A stretch of 63,999 nt of DNA, counting the filler, from Chrysochromulina tobinii (Eukaryota): assembly GCA_001275005.1 (NCBI GenBank). It is 5 parts of 5 records of this genome, joined end to end, with 100 filler letters (N's around TTAATTAATTAA, not from the genome) between each part and the next. Parts side by side here need not be neighbours in the genome. Positions count along the whole stretch, not along the records: positions 1 to 22,486 come from JWZX01000911.1; 4 more parts are not named here. The stretch is one strand, 5' to 3'. A model generated the notes under the pieces. That model saw nothing but the letters and a program-made list of their open reading frames with translations. It made no database searches and was not told the origin of the DNA. The first letter of the stretch is position 1, and every line of letters begins with the position of its first letter. A program made the position numbers and the translations under genes. Positions 11,201 to 21,386 of this stretch are shown in pieces.

Positions 11201-12575
11201 CTCTCTGGCGAGCGGCTTGAGTTGCTACACTCGTCTCGCTCGTCACGGCGCTTGACCCGTAGAGCTTGTGGGGACTTGAGCAGCCAGGGCAGTGGGGACT
11301 TGAGCAGCCAGGGCAGTGGGGTCTCGAGCAGCCAGGGCAGTGGGGTCTCGAGCAGCCAGGGCAGTGGGGTCTCGAGTGGCCAGGGCCTGGGCTCGCCGCG
11401 GCGGCTGCCCTTCAATCTCGTGACCCGAGATCGCCCCTCGTGGAACAATCATTCGACCCAAGATCGCCACTCACCGAGCTCTGAGCAACTTGAGTCGCCG
11501 ACGGGACGGCCCTCGCTCCCACCGCCGGCGGGACGGCCGCTCTCGCTCAAACCGCCCTCGCTCCCGCCGCCGCTGCCGACAAAGGTGCTCCCCTCGCCAG
11601 CGGCAACGCCACAGCCGCCAACGACAGCTTGGGAGCCGATACTCCCCCCACCGATACTCCCCCCACCGCCGACACTCCCCCCATCGCCGATACTCCCCCC
11701 ACCGCCGCATTTAACGGCCGCACTGACATCGTCGTCGGTGCCATCGGCGCAGTGGAAGGAGCCCTCAATTCGATTGGCACTGCCATTGGCGCCCCCTGCG
11801 CCATTGCCGCCAGTTGCAACGGCGGGAGAGGCGTGCGGCGTGACGCCGATGGCAAAGTTGCCGACGCCAACTATGGCGGCGGTCACGGCGCAAAGGTCCC
11901 CATCACCATCACTCGCTACGCCAGCCTCTTTACCGCCTCAGCCATCTCCACCACGCGTCCCGTCAACACCGCTGCCGCTTGAGCGACCACCACCACCAAG
12001 CCTCATGCCAGCATTGTTGCCGCTCGAGCTACCACCTCGCGCGACGGCGGGCGGGACGGCGCTCGGGACGGCGCTCGGTGCCTCGGAGGCGGCAGATGAG
12101 GATCTCGCCGATCAGGATCTCGCCGATCAGGATCTCGCAGATGAGGATCGACGAACGGCGAGCGTCCAGAAGCTTTGCGACGCGTCGGCGGCCGACATCT
12201 CGACCCTGTACACAGTGCAGGACCTGCTCGGCGAGGGCCGCTTCTCCAAGGTCTATTCGGTCGTGGAGGAGGCGACTGGGCAGGTGCTTGCGCTCAAGGA
12301 GCTCGACAAGGGCGCGATCGTTGAGGATGAGGAAGGCCTCGAGATGCTCGAGGCGGAGGTGCTGGCGCTGAAGCGCGCGGGCAATGCACCGCACGTCGTA
12401 CGGCTCCAAAAGGTCATCGCCTCACCCGATGCCATCTATCTCGCCATGGATCGCGTGCCCGGCCGCGCGCTCGTCGACGTGATAGACGAGCGCGGCGCGC
12501 TCGAGTGCAGCTACGTGCGCCACCTGATGCTGCAGCTGCTCACGGCTTTGGCGGCGCTCGCCGAGGTCGGCGTGG

Positions 12576-12607
<32 letters not shown>

Positions 12608-13528
12608 GTGAGCGAGGAGGAGACGGAGCGGCCGCACCTGACGCTCATCGACTTTGGGTACGCGGCACTGCTGGGCGGCGGCGACGCGCCCAATGAGCTG
12701 ACGGGCGTCGCCGGCTCGCCCGAGTACGCGGCGCCCGAGGTGCTCTCGTGGATTGCGGCGGAGGCAGACGAGACGGGCGAGGTGGTAGGCGAGCCATACG
12801 ACGCGGGCTGCGACGTGTGGAGCGTGGGTGTGACGGCGCACGTGCTGCTGTGCGCTGAGCTTCCCTTTGACCTGCCCAAGGAGGCGACCGAGGAAGCGCT
12901 CGTCGCCGCCGCGCGCCACGTTGACCTCTCCTTCCGTCGTCTCAAGGGTGAGGCGAGGGTGAGGCGAGGAAAGGTGATGGCGACGCTGGAGGGCGAGGCG
13001 GCGATGGCGCCGGCGCGCGCGTTTGTACGCGCATGCATGGCAGTGGCGCGCCCGGAGCGCCCTTCGGCACAGCAGTTGCTGGACCACCCGTGGCTTGGCG
13101 GCAAGGCAGTAGCGCAGGTGGCATCGGTGGAGGTGGTGTACGTGTTCACCGCCGAAGCGGCCTCCGACGTGAGAGAGCAGCTGGGCGTGACGCTGTCCGC
13201 GGGCGATCCGCTGACGGACCCGCTGCTGGCCGCAATGCGTGAGGGTCTCCAAGTGCCGGCAAGCATGACGAACGACCAACTCAAGGCGGCATTGGTGGCC
13301 CAGGGCTTTCTCGAATGCAAGACCGACGAGAGCGGCCTCAGTCACGGCCTCCGCGCCACCCCGTCTGCTCCGACCCTTGCACCCAAGCCGCTGACGGCGC
13401 TGGCGACGACGGCGCTGGCGACGCCTGCATCTGGCCCTGGCCAGAGCGCGACGCACGCGGGTCCCGCGAGGTCTATCCAACGCACGTACGGTGCGCCGCA
13501 CTATTGTAGCCCGAGACAGGCCCCGTAA
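8276..13528 (+). CDS. Calponin-homology domain + long low-complexity linker + CAMK-like Ser/Thr kinase
   Basis: CH: LHEWLRDGVILCRLA, ISQFVEACRKLG, DLAEGKNMQSVVRSLHSLG, calponin-like NERSFTAQQL. Kinase: GEGRFSKV, ALK, HRDVKPEN, DFG, APE, DVWSVG. Single open frame. Confidence 0.8.
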
Positions 13529-13918
13529 CCAGAGGTGGGGCCATGGAGTGTGAGCCCACCTCGCGTGATCCCGTGTAAGTAAGTAAGTAACTCACGCCTA
13601 TCGGCAGCGTACACGTGGCGAGAGCCCACCTCGCGTGATCCCGTGCAACGCCTGATGAGCCCGCTGTGCGACCACGGGACCTGATGATCATGTTTTGCCG
13701 TAAGTACTCAGAGTGATGACGAGACTTACTCAGATCTCAGTAGAGTGCTGTCTTCTGGGACTAGGAACTGTGCATATTAGTGTGTGCTGGATATGCAGTG
13801 AAATCACACTTCACGGGAGGGTGGTGCTGCGCTGACGGTCGTTAGCGGGACCCGGCACGAGCGCGAGCGTGGCTGTGATTCCTGCAGCTTCCCTCGGATG
13901 ATTTTATACAACAACTCG

Positions 13919-16847
13919 CTACCCGCGCGTATCACCGCGCGCCGCGGCGGCTCGGGTCACCGACGCAGTCGCCACGGCGCGTGCGGCAGGCGAGTGCAGC
14001 AGCGTCGTAACCTCGCGCGACGCGACGACCTTGCGCGCGGCGCGGCAGCCAGCGGAGTACTCAAACTGTCGCAGCGCGCTGCTCAGCGCTTGGCGGGAGC
14101 GGGCACGCCTCTTAAGCGGATGCATGCGCATGTCGACGCCCTCGCACCGGATCGCCGCGGCTTCATTGGCGGCGGCGGCTACGTCACCGAGTCTCGCGTC
14201 CAAGAGCACGCTCGCGAGCTCGGCTGCATCGAGCAGGGCCTGGTTGGCGCCTTGTCCTTTGAATGGTGCCATCGGGTGCGCCGCGTCGCCGATGAGGGTG
14301 GTGCACGAGGCGAGCCCAGATTGCATCTCGTCGCGCGAGATGGCGCCGTCGCCGTTGAGGGTGGCGGCGCTAGCCAGCATTGGCGGTGCTGGCCCCTGCG
14401 TTGGCGGCGCATGCAACGAAGTCGGCGGCGCACCCTCAACGGCGCGCGGCATGGCCGTTGGAAGCGAGGCCATCAGAGGTCATCAGAGGCCATCAGAGGT
14501 CATCAGAGGTCATCAGAGGCAATCAGAGGTCATCAGAGGCAATCAGAGGTCATCAGAGGATGACGATCACCTGCATGGCCGTTGGAAGCGAGGCCACTGA
14601 CGCCGCGGAGGCCGGCAGCGCTCCACCCGGGGTCGGCGCTCGATACGGCGCCCCTAAATAGGCAGGTGGTGCTCGATACGGCGCTCCTTCCGGAGGCACG
14701 GGTGCTGCTGCAGCCGCGCTCGAGACGGCGCGCTCATACGGACTCAGCCGGTCGTAGATTGGGTAGCCCGTCACGTCGTTGGCACGTGTGGCCGCTAGCA
14801 GCGCGTGCACCGCAGGCGAGCACCATGCGCTACAGCGCTGCCGGGCCTCAGCGAGCAGAGCCCCGCCGCCGCGAGATGAGAGCTCCCGCGCCGCCTCCTC
14901 GGCCATCGGGAATGAGAACTGCCACATGGTGGCGCTCGCCATGTCGCTCGTCGTGTCGCTCGTCGTGTCCACGCTCGCATCCGAGGCCACGCCCGCGCGC
15001 TCAAATGGCATCGCGTACATCCGATTGGCGCCATCGACCCATTCCACGACAGTGTGCGCGTCGAAGAGCGACGTGACGTGCGACGTAACGTGCGACGTGC
15101 TGGGCGCCGTGCTGGGCGTCGTGCTGGGCGTCGTGCTGGGCGCCGTGCTGGGCGCCGTGCTGGGCGTCATCTCCTCGGCCTGCGCTCGCAGGGCGGCCGT
15201 TGCAGCGATGCCGAGGATGACGATCACCTGCATGCAATGAGGGAGGCAATCAGAGGTCATCAGAGGCCATCAGAGGTCATCAGAGGATGACGATCACCTG
15301 CAACGCGCGCAGCGGCGCGCTGTCTGCCTCGCCGCTCTCCTGCACGAGTGCCGCGCGCACTGCGGACCGAATCCCATCGGCACCGACGAGAACCTTTGCC
15401 CGGACGGTGCGGCAGGTAAGCGGCAGTGGCGCTGCCTCCTCTGCACCCTCTCCATGGCCGCCGATTGCCACTGATTGCCTCTGATTGCCTCTGATTGCCT
15501 CTGCACCCTCTCCATGGCCGCCGTGCTGTGCTTGATCGCGGTACTGCTCGACCGTCACTTGGACGATGTTGCATGGCCTGGTGGACGCCGCCACGCCCGC
15601 CGCCGCCACGCCCGCCGCCGCCACGCCCGCCGCCGCCACGCCCGCCGCCGTCACGCCCGCCGCCGCCTCGCCACACATCTCTTTCTCATCATCAGGAGCC
15701 GCCTCGTCCAAAGGCGTGACGCTGATTGCATCGCTGATTGCATCGCTGATTGCATCGCTGATTGCATACTGATGATCTCCCTCATCAGGAGCCGCCACGT
15801 CCATCGGCGCTTCGCCGCTCGACCCTTCCCTACGCACACGTGCCCCGCGGAACCGGAAGCCCCAGCGCACCGTACCCGGCGACAGGCCCGCGTACAAGAG
15901 CGCGCGCAGCGACTGGCGTGGAAGGTGAACCTGTGGGGAAGTGGCGCGCCGTGGTGAGCACGTGCATGCAAGGCGTACAAGAGAGCTCGCAGCGACTGTC
16001 GCGGGAGGTGCACATTTTGCTTGTGTGCTGCCGTCGAGCCCGCCCGCTTGCACTGTGCCGCCATCGAGCCCGCCGCCGGCGCGCCACTGGCGGAGGCCAC
16101 GCCCGTGCACGCGCTCTCGGCCGCAGCCGCCGTCCCGTCAATTGCCCTAGGAGCCTCGATGGGTTGCTTGCCCGACGCCAAAGCCAAAGCGCTGTCGACT
16201 CGCGTCGCCGCGTCAGGCGCAGCGGCGCGCGTGGCGGCGCCATGGCTGCCAATCAGAGCGCCGGAGAGCGCGTCGAAGGAGTAGTGTGCCGTGCTGTGCA
16301 GCCCGGCCGTCGTGACCGCCTGCGTAAGCCCAATGGCGCGCAGCGCGGTACCCCCCTGCTGCATCGTGAGCCCGTAGCCCTGACTGCGCTCGCCGATCGA
16401 CTTGTCACGCTCGTACACGGCGCATCGCACCCCTCGCTGCTGCAGAGCGAGCGCTAGCGCGAGGCCTCCGATCCCGCCGCCGATGATCGCGACGTCCACG
16501 GACTCGATGACCATGCCGTCCGCTGGAAGAACACGGCCGCCATTCTCTGCACCGCCACTTACCTCGTTGGCGTCGGCACTTTGGACCGCGTCGCCGCGCT
16601 CCGCATCTGAAATCGGGCTCCGAAGCATCAAGCCACTGCCGCTGCAGGCCGAGCAAGGCACCATGGGCGGCGGAGTGGGCGGCGCAGTGGCGACTTTGCG
16701 CTTCTTTTGATGAGGCACCTGGCCCGTGCCATGGCAAGCGACACAGCTTCGATAAGCAGGGATCGCAAGTTTGCACAGGCGAACCCATTGGGGCTCGTGC
16801 TGACTAGCTGCAAGAGCTGGCGCGTCGCTCCACGCTGGCGACGCCAT
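13919..16847 (-). CDS. FAD-dependent monooxygenase with N-terminal CxxCxGxG zinc finger; introns 15931-16013, 15228-15297 and about 14396-14570
   Basis: IIGGGIGG, VYERD, LVGADGIRSAVR and LIGDAAHPMAPFKGQGANQALLDA spread over four ORFs joined in frame by GT-AG introns; CVACHGTG and CSACSGSG at the N-terminus. Confidence 0.8.
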
Positions 16848-17041
16848 GGGGCAGCCGAGGCGTCGTGCACCAGGTGTGAATTGCTGTTCACACCTTTGAT
16901 ACTGTACCCCACGTTTTGGCAGGTTACTAGTAAAACAACACTTCATTATAATTTCTCCTCGCGTTTTCGAGCGGAGGTGCGGAGCGTTCACGTCCATATA
17001 ACAATCTTAGATCGGCCAAGCGTGCGGCGCAAACTCGCCCA

Positions 17042-17635
17042 CTACGCACGCCTTCGCGCGTGCACCCTCCCACTCCACGGGTCCTCGTCGCGGTGGTGGC
17101 GCGGCAGCCGTCGGGCGTGCCTCTCAAGCCCTTCGTGGAAGACCTCGTCAGTGAGCCCTTGCGATCGTGGACAGTGAACAGCGGTGCAGCCCAGCTGTTC
17201 GACGTGCAAGATGTCCTTGTAGGAATCGTCGAAGAAGAGCATGTCTTCGAACGGCACTTGCGCACGCTTCGAGATTTCTCGTAGGTGGGAGGCCTTCGCT
17301 CCGTCGGTGATCACAATGGGCGAGCTGCCCACGACAGCTGCCAGCGTTCGAGATTCGTCAACACGTAGAATCTGCATCCACTCAAGCGCCCATCTCTTTC
17401 GGTGGGTCCTCGACGCCAATGCGACGGGCACTCCCAGATCTGCAAGCGTTGCAAGCGCGCGGGCGGCCCCGTCATAGAGACGTAGCGTCTCGCCGCTTGA
17501 TGCGCGAATGCCGCCGAGCCCATCATCAATAGACACCCATGGTGGCCCGTTTCGAAATCGTGGACGCGCCCAGAGCGTCCAGTCAAGGTCGCAAACGACG
17601 AGGGTTGGTAGCGGCGACGGCAGAGGACGCACCAT
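17042..17635 (-). CDS. MDP1: Magnesium-dependent phosphatase 1-like HAD phosphatase (subfamily IIIC)
   Basis: DLDWTLW (DxDxT), ASRT, conserved Lys, MLFFDD. Confidence 0.8.
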   Translation of the reverse strand: MVRPLPSPLPTLVVCDLDWTLWARPRFRNGPPWVSIDDGLGGIRASSGETLRLYDGAARALATLADLGVPVALASRTHRKRWALEWMQILRVDESRTLAAVVGSSPIVITDGAKASHLREISKRAQVPFEDMLFFDDSYKDILHVEQLGCTAVHCPRSQGLTDEVFHEGLERHARRLPRHHRDEDPWSGRVHARRRA

Positions 17636-17781
17636 TATTCTTGTGGACGGCGAGCGCCGTCACGGGCGTTTCGAAAAGATAGATCGCAAAAAAGCTCCGC
17701 ACCACCTACCCATCATACGATGGTCCGAAAACGCTACGTTCACATACATGTAGCGCCCCCAGGGCCCCTATGCGCGTACAT

Positions 17782-19263
17782 TCATGCGTCCAATGATGAC
17801 TGCGTTTGAGAGTGTGGAGAGGTTTTGTGATTCGATGCAGGGGGAGTTGGCGGAGGTATGCTCAACTTCAGTGCCGCCGGCTCGACACGGGAGGTGCCAT
17901 CGATCGCCCTTGGCGCGACGCCCGTCAGACGGGTCGCAATGCCGTGGCGGTCAGTCGGAGCCCTGGCGGTGGCATTCCCGAGCGCATAGGCGGCGTCACA
18001 GCTCTTCTTGTATTCATTGAGCTCATGCCGCAGGGCTCCGGTCAGACCGCAGCACAGACCGCCCTGGGTCAGTCCGCCCCTCCATTTGCCCCACGCCTTC
18101 TTCAGAAACGTCCCAAGGCGCGGCGGGTAGACCTTCGGGTTCGCCGCCATTACCTTGTCCTCCGCCTTCTCCTGAACCTTGCCCGCGGCGACGGCGCACA
18201 CGATCGAGGTGATAAAGGGCACGTTCTGTGCGAAGGCGCCCGGCCACGTCTGACCCTCAACGTAAGTGTGATAGATCACGTGCGTGGTCTGCGACACGTA
18301 GTGCAGGATGTACGCGAGGTTGAGCAGCACCGAGATCACGCGCCGATCGCGCACGGGCAGCTGGAACCAGAGGGTTTTGGTCCTTCGCCCGTAAAAGTCA
18401 AAACCAGGCTCCCGGGTCCGGTGGCTGAGCCACACGTGATGAAAGATCGCGAGCCGCCACGGGATGGGCAGGAAGTTGATGTAGCTGAAGCAGCCGGTGA
18501 ACCACTTGATGGACAAGTTGAACAACCTCTGACTCTCGTTGCAATAGTCGACTGGGCTGTCCCGACTCCAGCCCCATCGAGCTCCAGGTGGCCGTGGAAC
18601 GTCCTGTGGCCTGAGGGTCTGATTATACGACGCGGCCAGCTCCAAGCACTCCAGTGACATCTGTGTCCCGCCATTGTCACGGTTGAAGTACAGGCCGAAA
18701 ATGGACCAGACGATAACCACACCCCAGCAACCGATCAGCACGAAGACGCACTGCGCGAAGAAGATGAAGATGCTTGCCACCAACGGACGGCAGAAGAAGG
18801 CGAGCGTGTGGTCACGGCACTTCTCGAGACAAGTCGCGTTTCTCGGCGGTGGCACGGCTACCAGGTCATTCCTTGTGTCGGTCGTGTCGGCCACAGGCAC
18901 TGCTACCTTGAGATCACGAAAAACGTCCTTGATGAGATAACGAAAAACGTCGAGCAGCCATTGCGCCTGCTTTCCCCCCGGCTGGACTTCAACGATGGCT
19001 GGGGCAGCGGTGGCGTCCTCGAGGACGGCCACAGACGTCACCATGCAAGAATGATTTTTCATTTTTTCCTGCGGAATTCCCCTTATCAAACGATGGAATT
19101 TCCGTTTCGCCAAAATTATCAAATGAGTTCTGAACGGAGTACTGTACGCGGCAGATATTCTCGTTGCGCTTAGCGAATGTGAGGCCTTCACGGAAGCGAT
19201 GGCCACAGGAAGGCCTCTGCCACCTTGCTCTGCCATCGATGCCTCTGCAGAGCGCGCAGCCAT
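17782..19263 (-). CDS. Hypothetical multi-pass membrane protein
   Basis: Long ORF with several hydrophobic segments; start uncertain. Confidence 0.55.
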   Translation of the reverse strand: MAARSAEASMAEQGGRGLPVAIASVKASHSLSATRISAAYSTPFRTHLIILAKRKFHRLIRGIPQEKMKNHSCMVTSVAVLEDATAAPAIVEVQPGGKQAQWLLDVFRYLIKDVFRDLKVAVPVADTTDTRNDLVAVPPPRNATCLEKCRDHTLAFFCRPLVASIFIFFAQCVFVLIGCWGVVIVWSIFGLYFNRDNGGTQMSLECLELAASYNQTLRPQDVPRPPGARWGWSRDSPVDYCNESQRLFNLSIKWFTGCFSYINFLPIPWRLAIFHHVWLSHRTREPGFDFYGRRTKTLWFQLPVRDRRVISVLLNLAYILHYVSQTTHVIYHTYVEGQTWPGAFAQNVPFITSIVCAVAAGKVQEKAEDKVMAANPKVYPPRLGTFLKKAWGKWRGGLTQGGLCCGLTGALRHELNEYKKSCDAAYALGNATARAPTDRHGIATRLTGVAPRAIDGTSRVEPAALKLSIPPPTPPASNHKTSPHSQTQSSLDA

Positions 19264-19402
19264 CGAGGCGGTCGGCCCCGCGGGGCTACTTGTAACCGTA
19301 CCTCGAGTCCTCGAGACTTCGTCTCCCACGGAGAGAAGTGAGGTCCAGATCGCAATCTGGCAAAACTCTCCACGAGTGTGAACGTGCCTGATTAGCCACC
19401 TC

Positions 19403-20608
19403 ATGCTGCCCAGTCACCTCCTCTGCCTTGCCGCGGCTGCGTTCGTCAGCACAAGCCTCGGCACCGCTCGGCAGTCTGCTACTCGATGGACGTCTCCTCA
19501 ATGCCGCGTAGTCCAGTACACGAGGGAAGGAGGCGACACCGCAGCGATCGACATCGCCAAGGTGGAGGAGCTCCTCTTCCAGAGGTCGCAGTCTCGTCAG
19601 GACCGGAATTTTGCAGAGTCCGATCGGATTTACAACGAGCTCAGTCAGATGGGCGTCACCGTCTTTGACCGCGAGATGAAGTGGTTCGTCGGCCGAGGTG
19701 GGCGCGGGCGCGGCGGAGCGGGGCGCGGCGGAGCCGGGCAAGGCAGAGGCGGAACGTTCCAGAGCGGGTTCCAGCGTCGCGCTGCAACGAGGCAGGTGTA
19801 TACTCGCGAGAGTGGAGACGTGTACCCAGTCGACGTCGCGGCGGTCGAGCAGCTCATCGAGCAGCGAGTGGCGCTGCGGCTCTCGCGTGACTTTGAAGGT
19901 GCCGACCGTCTGCGAGACCGTCTCAAGGAGGAGTTTGGAGTGTACGTGGTGGACCCGGAGCTCAAGTGGTACGTGGGCAGCGGCGCACGAGCGCGCGACC
20001 GAGATTTGTACGCCGACGGCGAGCGGTCCGAGCGTCGCAGCGCACAGTCGGAGTCTGCGCGCGGGCTGCCTGCCGATCCGGATTTCGAGCGCTCGGCACG
20101 GCGGACGCAGGGCAAGCGCGAGCGGCAGTCGGTGACCCGCAGCAGCAAGGCGGAGCCTTACAGGCGCGCGCCGAGCGATCGCGCCACGCTGAGCGCATCC
20201 ACCGTCGCCGAGATCGAGGAGATGGTCGACCGGCGCCTCCGGGCCAAGCTCGGGAAAGACTTTGGGGCTGCTGACGCTCTGCTCGACGAGTTGCGGAGCA
20301 TGCACGGCGTGGCCATCTCGGACGATCAACGGCTCTGGCGCGCCGACGGTGAGCAGTTCGAGCTGCACGAGTACCACGAGGAGGGGAGTCCGACGAATCC
20401 GACGCCGCCATGGATTGCCGAGGCCATCGCGAGGCGCGGCGAGGCGCGCAAGGCGCGGGACTTTGAGCTCGCGGACGAGATCTTGGCGAGCCTGGAGAGC
20501 GAGGGTATCGGGCTCGACGACGCGCAGCGGACGTACCGGTACCTGCCGCCGCCGCCGGGTGGCTACAAGCGGCCGCCCATGAGAGACCGGCTGGCTGGTG
20601 GTGAATAG
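19403..20608 (+). CDS. Probably plastid-targeted protein with four CysRS C-terminal (anticodon-binding)-like repeats and an RGG tract
   Basis: Signal peptide ending AAAFV; four units such as VEQLIEQRVALRLSRDFEGADRLRDRLKEEFGVYVVD and IARRGEARKARDFELADEILASLESEGIGLDD. Confidence 0.7.
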   Translation: MLPSHLLCLAAAAFVSTSLGTARQSATRWTSPQCRVVQYTREGGDTAAIDIAKVEELLFQRSQSRQDRNFAESDRIYNELSQMGVTVFDREMKWFVGRGGRGRGGAGRGGAGQGRGGTFQSGFQRRAATRQVYTRESGDVYPVDVAAVEQLIEQRVALRLSRDFEGADRLRDRLKEEFGVYVVDPELKWYVGSGARARDRDLYADGERSERRSAQSESARGLPADPDFERSARRTQGKRERQSVTRSSKAEPYRRAPSDRATLSASTVAEIEEMVDRRLRAKLGKDFGAADALLDELRSMHGVAISDDQRLWRADGEQFELHEYHEEGSPTNPTPPWIAEAIARRGEARKARDFELADEILASLESEGIGLDDAQRTYRYLPPPPGGYKRPPMRDRLAGGE

Positions 20609-21386
20609 TGCGACAACGCGCGCGCGCAGCGTGTCGTCTCGTTCGTGAGGCGTCGCGCGGCCCCGCGGTCACACCCGGAGCAGTAAAGTTACTCCGAAAG
20701 TAGAGTGTACACCGAGCAGTAACGCCTTACAGCTGTACACTCTGGTCTTGCCGCTTTACGTATGTAGTTACGGTGTCATGAATCAATTTACGTATTCCCG
20801 TCCCCCGCCTAGACGCACACGATGCCACTTACGTTACGCGTTTGGTAGTTTTTTGCATCACCCCTCCGCGGCAACGCGGCATTGTCGGCCTTTACAATTT
20901 ACAGCCTTACACTTGTTATTTCCTGTTCCCCGGTTCCGGCTTCGATTCTGCTACGCATGCTCCACGTCCGTGGACATCACGCCCGAACAACCCCCGCGCG
21001 ATTCCCATTCCGAGAGAGCCTGCGACGCTCGGAGCTCACACACGTCACACGTTGCGACCAGGTTCACACTTGGTCCTCCCCGAACGTCTGAGGGCTTCTT
21101 GCCCCTTCATCATGCCTGCATCATTCTATGCAGGCATGATGAACAGTTTGGCGCCTCCATCATGCCTACATGCTCCCCGACGCGCCGCTGCTGCTGCCGG
21201 AGGCGCGGCGCCCTCCATTGCCCCCGCCGTCGCCCCCTCCATCGTCCCCTTCCTTGCGAAGCTCATAGCCGCTCAGTTTTTGCTTGCCTGCGTCGACGTG
21301 ATAGTCATGACAGTCGATAACGACGGTGAGGTCATGTGTAGCCGATTACCAGCCGACCAAAGTATCCCCCATCGCCCCCCAGCATG

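Noticed and set aside
13552..13645. 24-bp direct repeat around GTAAGT units downstream of the kinase
   Set aside because: No family minisatellite, and the nearest CAG gives an implausibly short intron; not counted in the intron-making pattern.
14322..14365. EF-hand-like TLNGDGAISRDE in the monooxygenase
   Set aside because: Lacks the first Asp and a partner hand; lies in a variable insert.
14461..14560. ORFs with AIRGHQRSSE / MTSDGL peptides, also near 6680-7030 and 50620-50820
   Set aside because: Translations of the intronic minisatellite, not a protein family.
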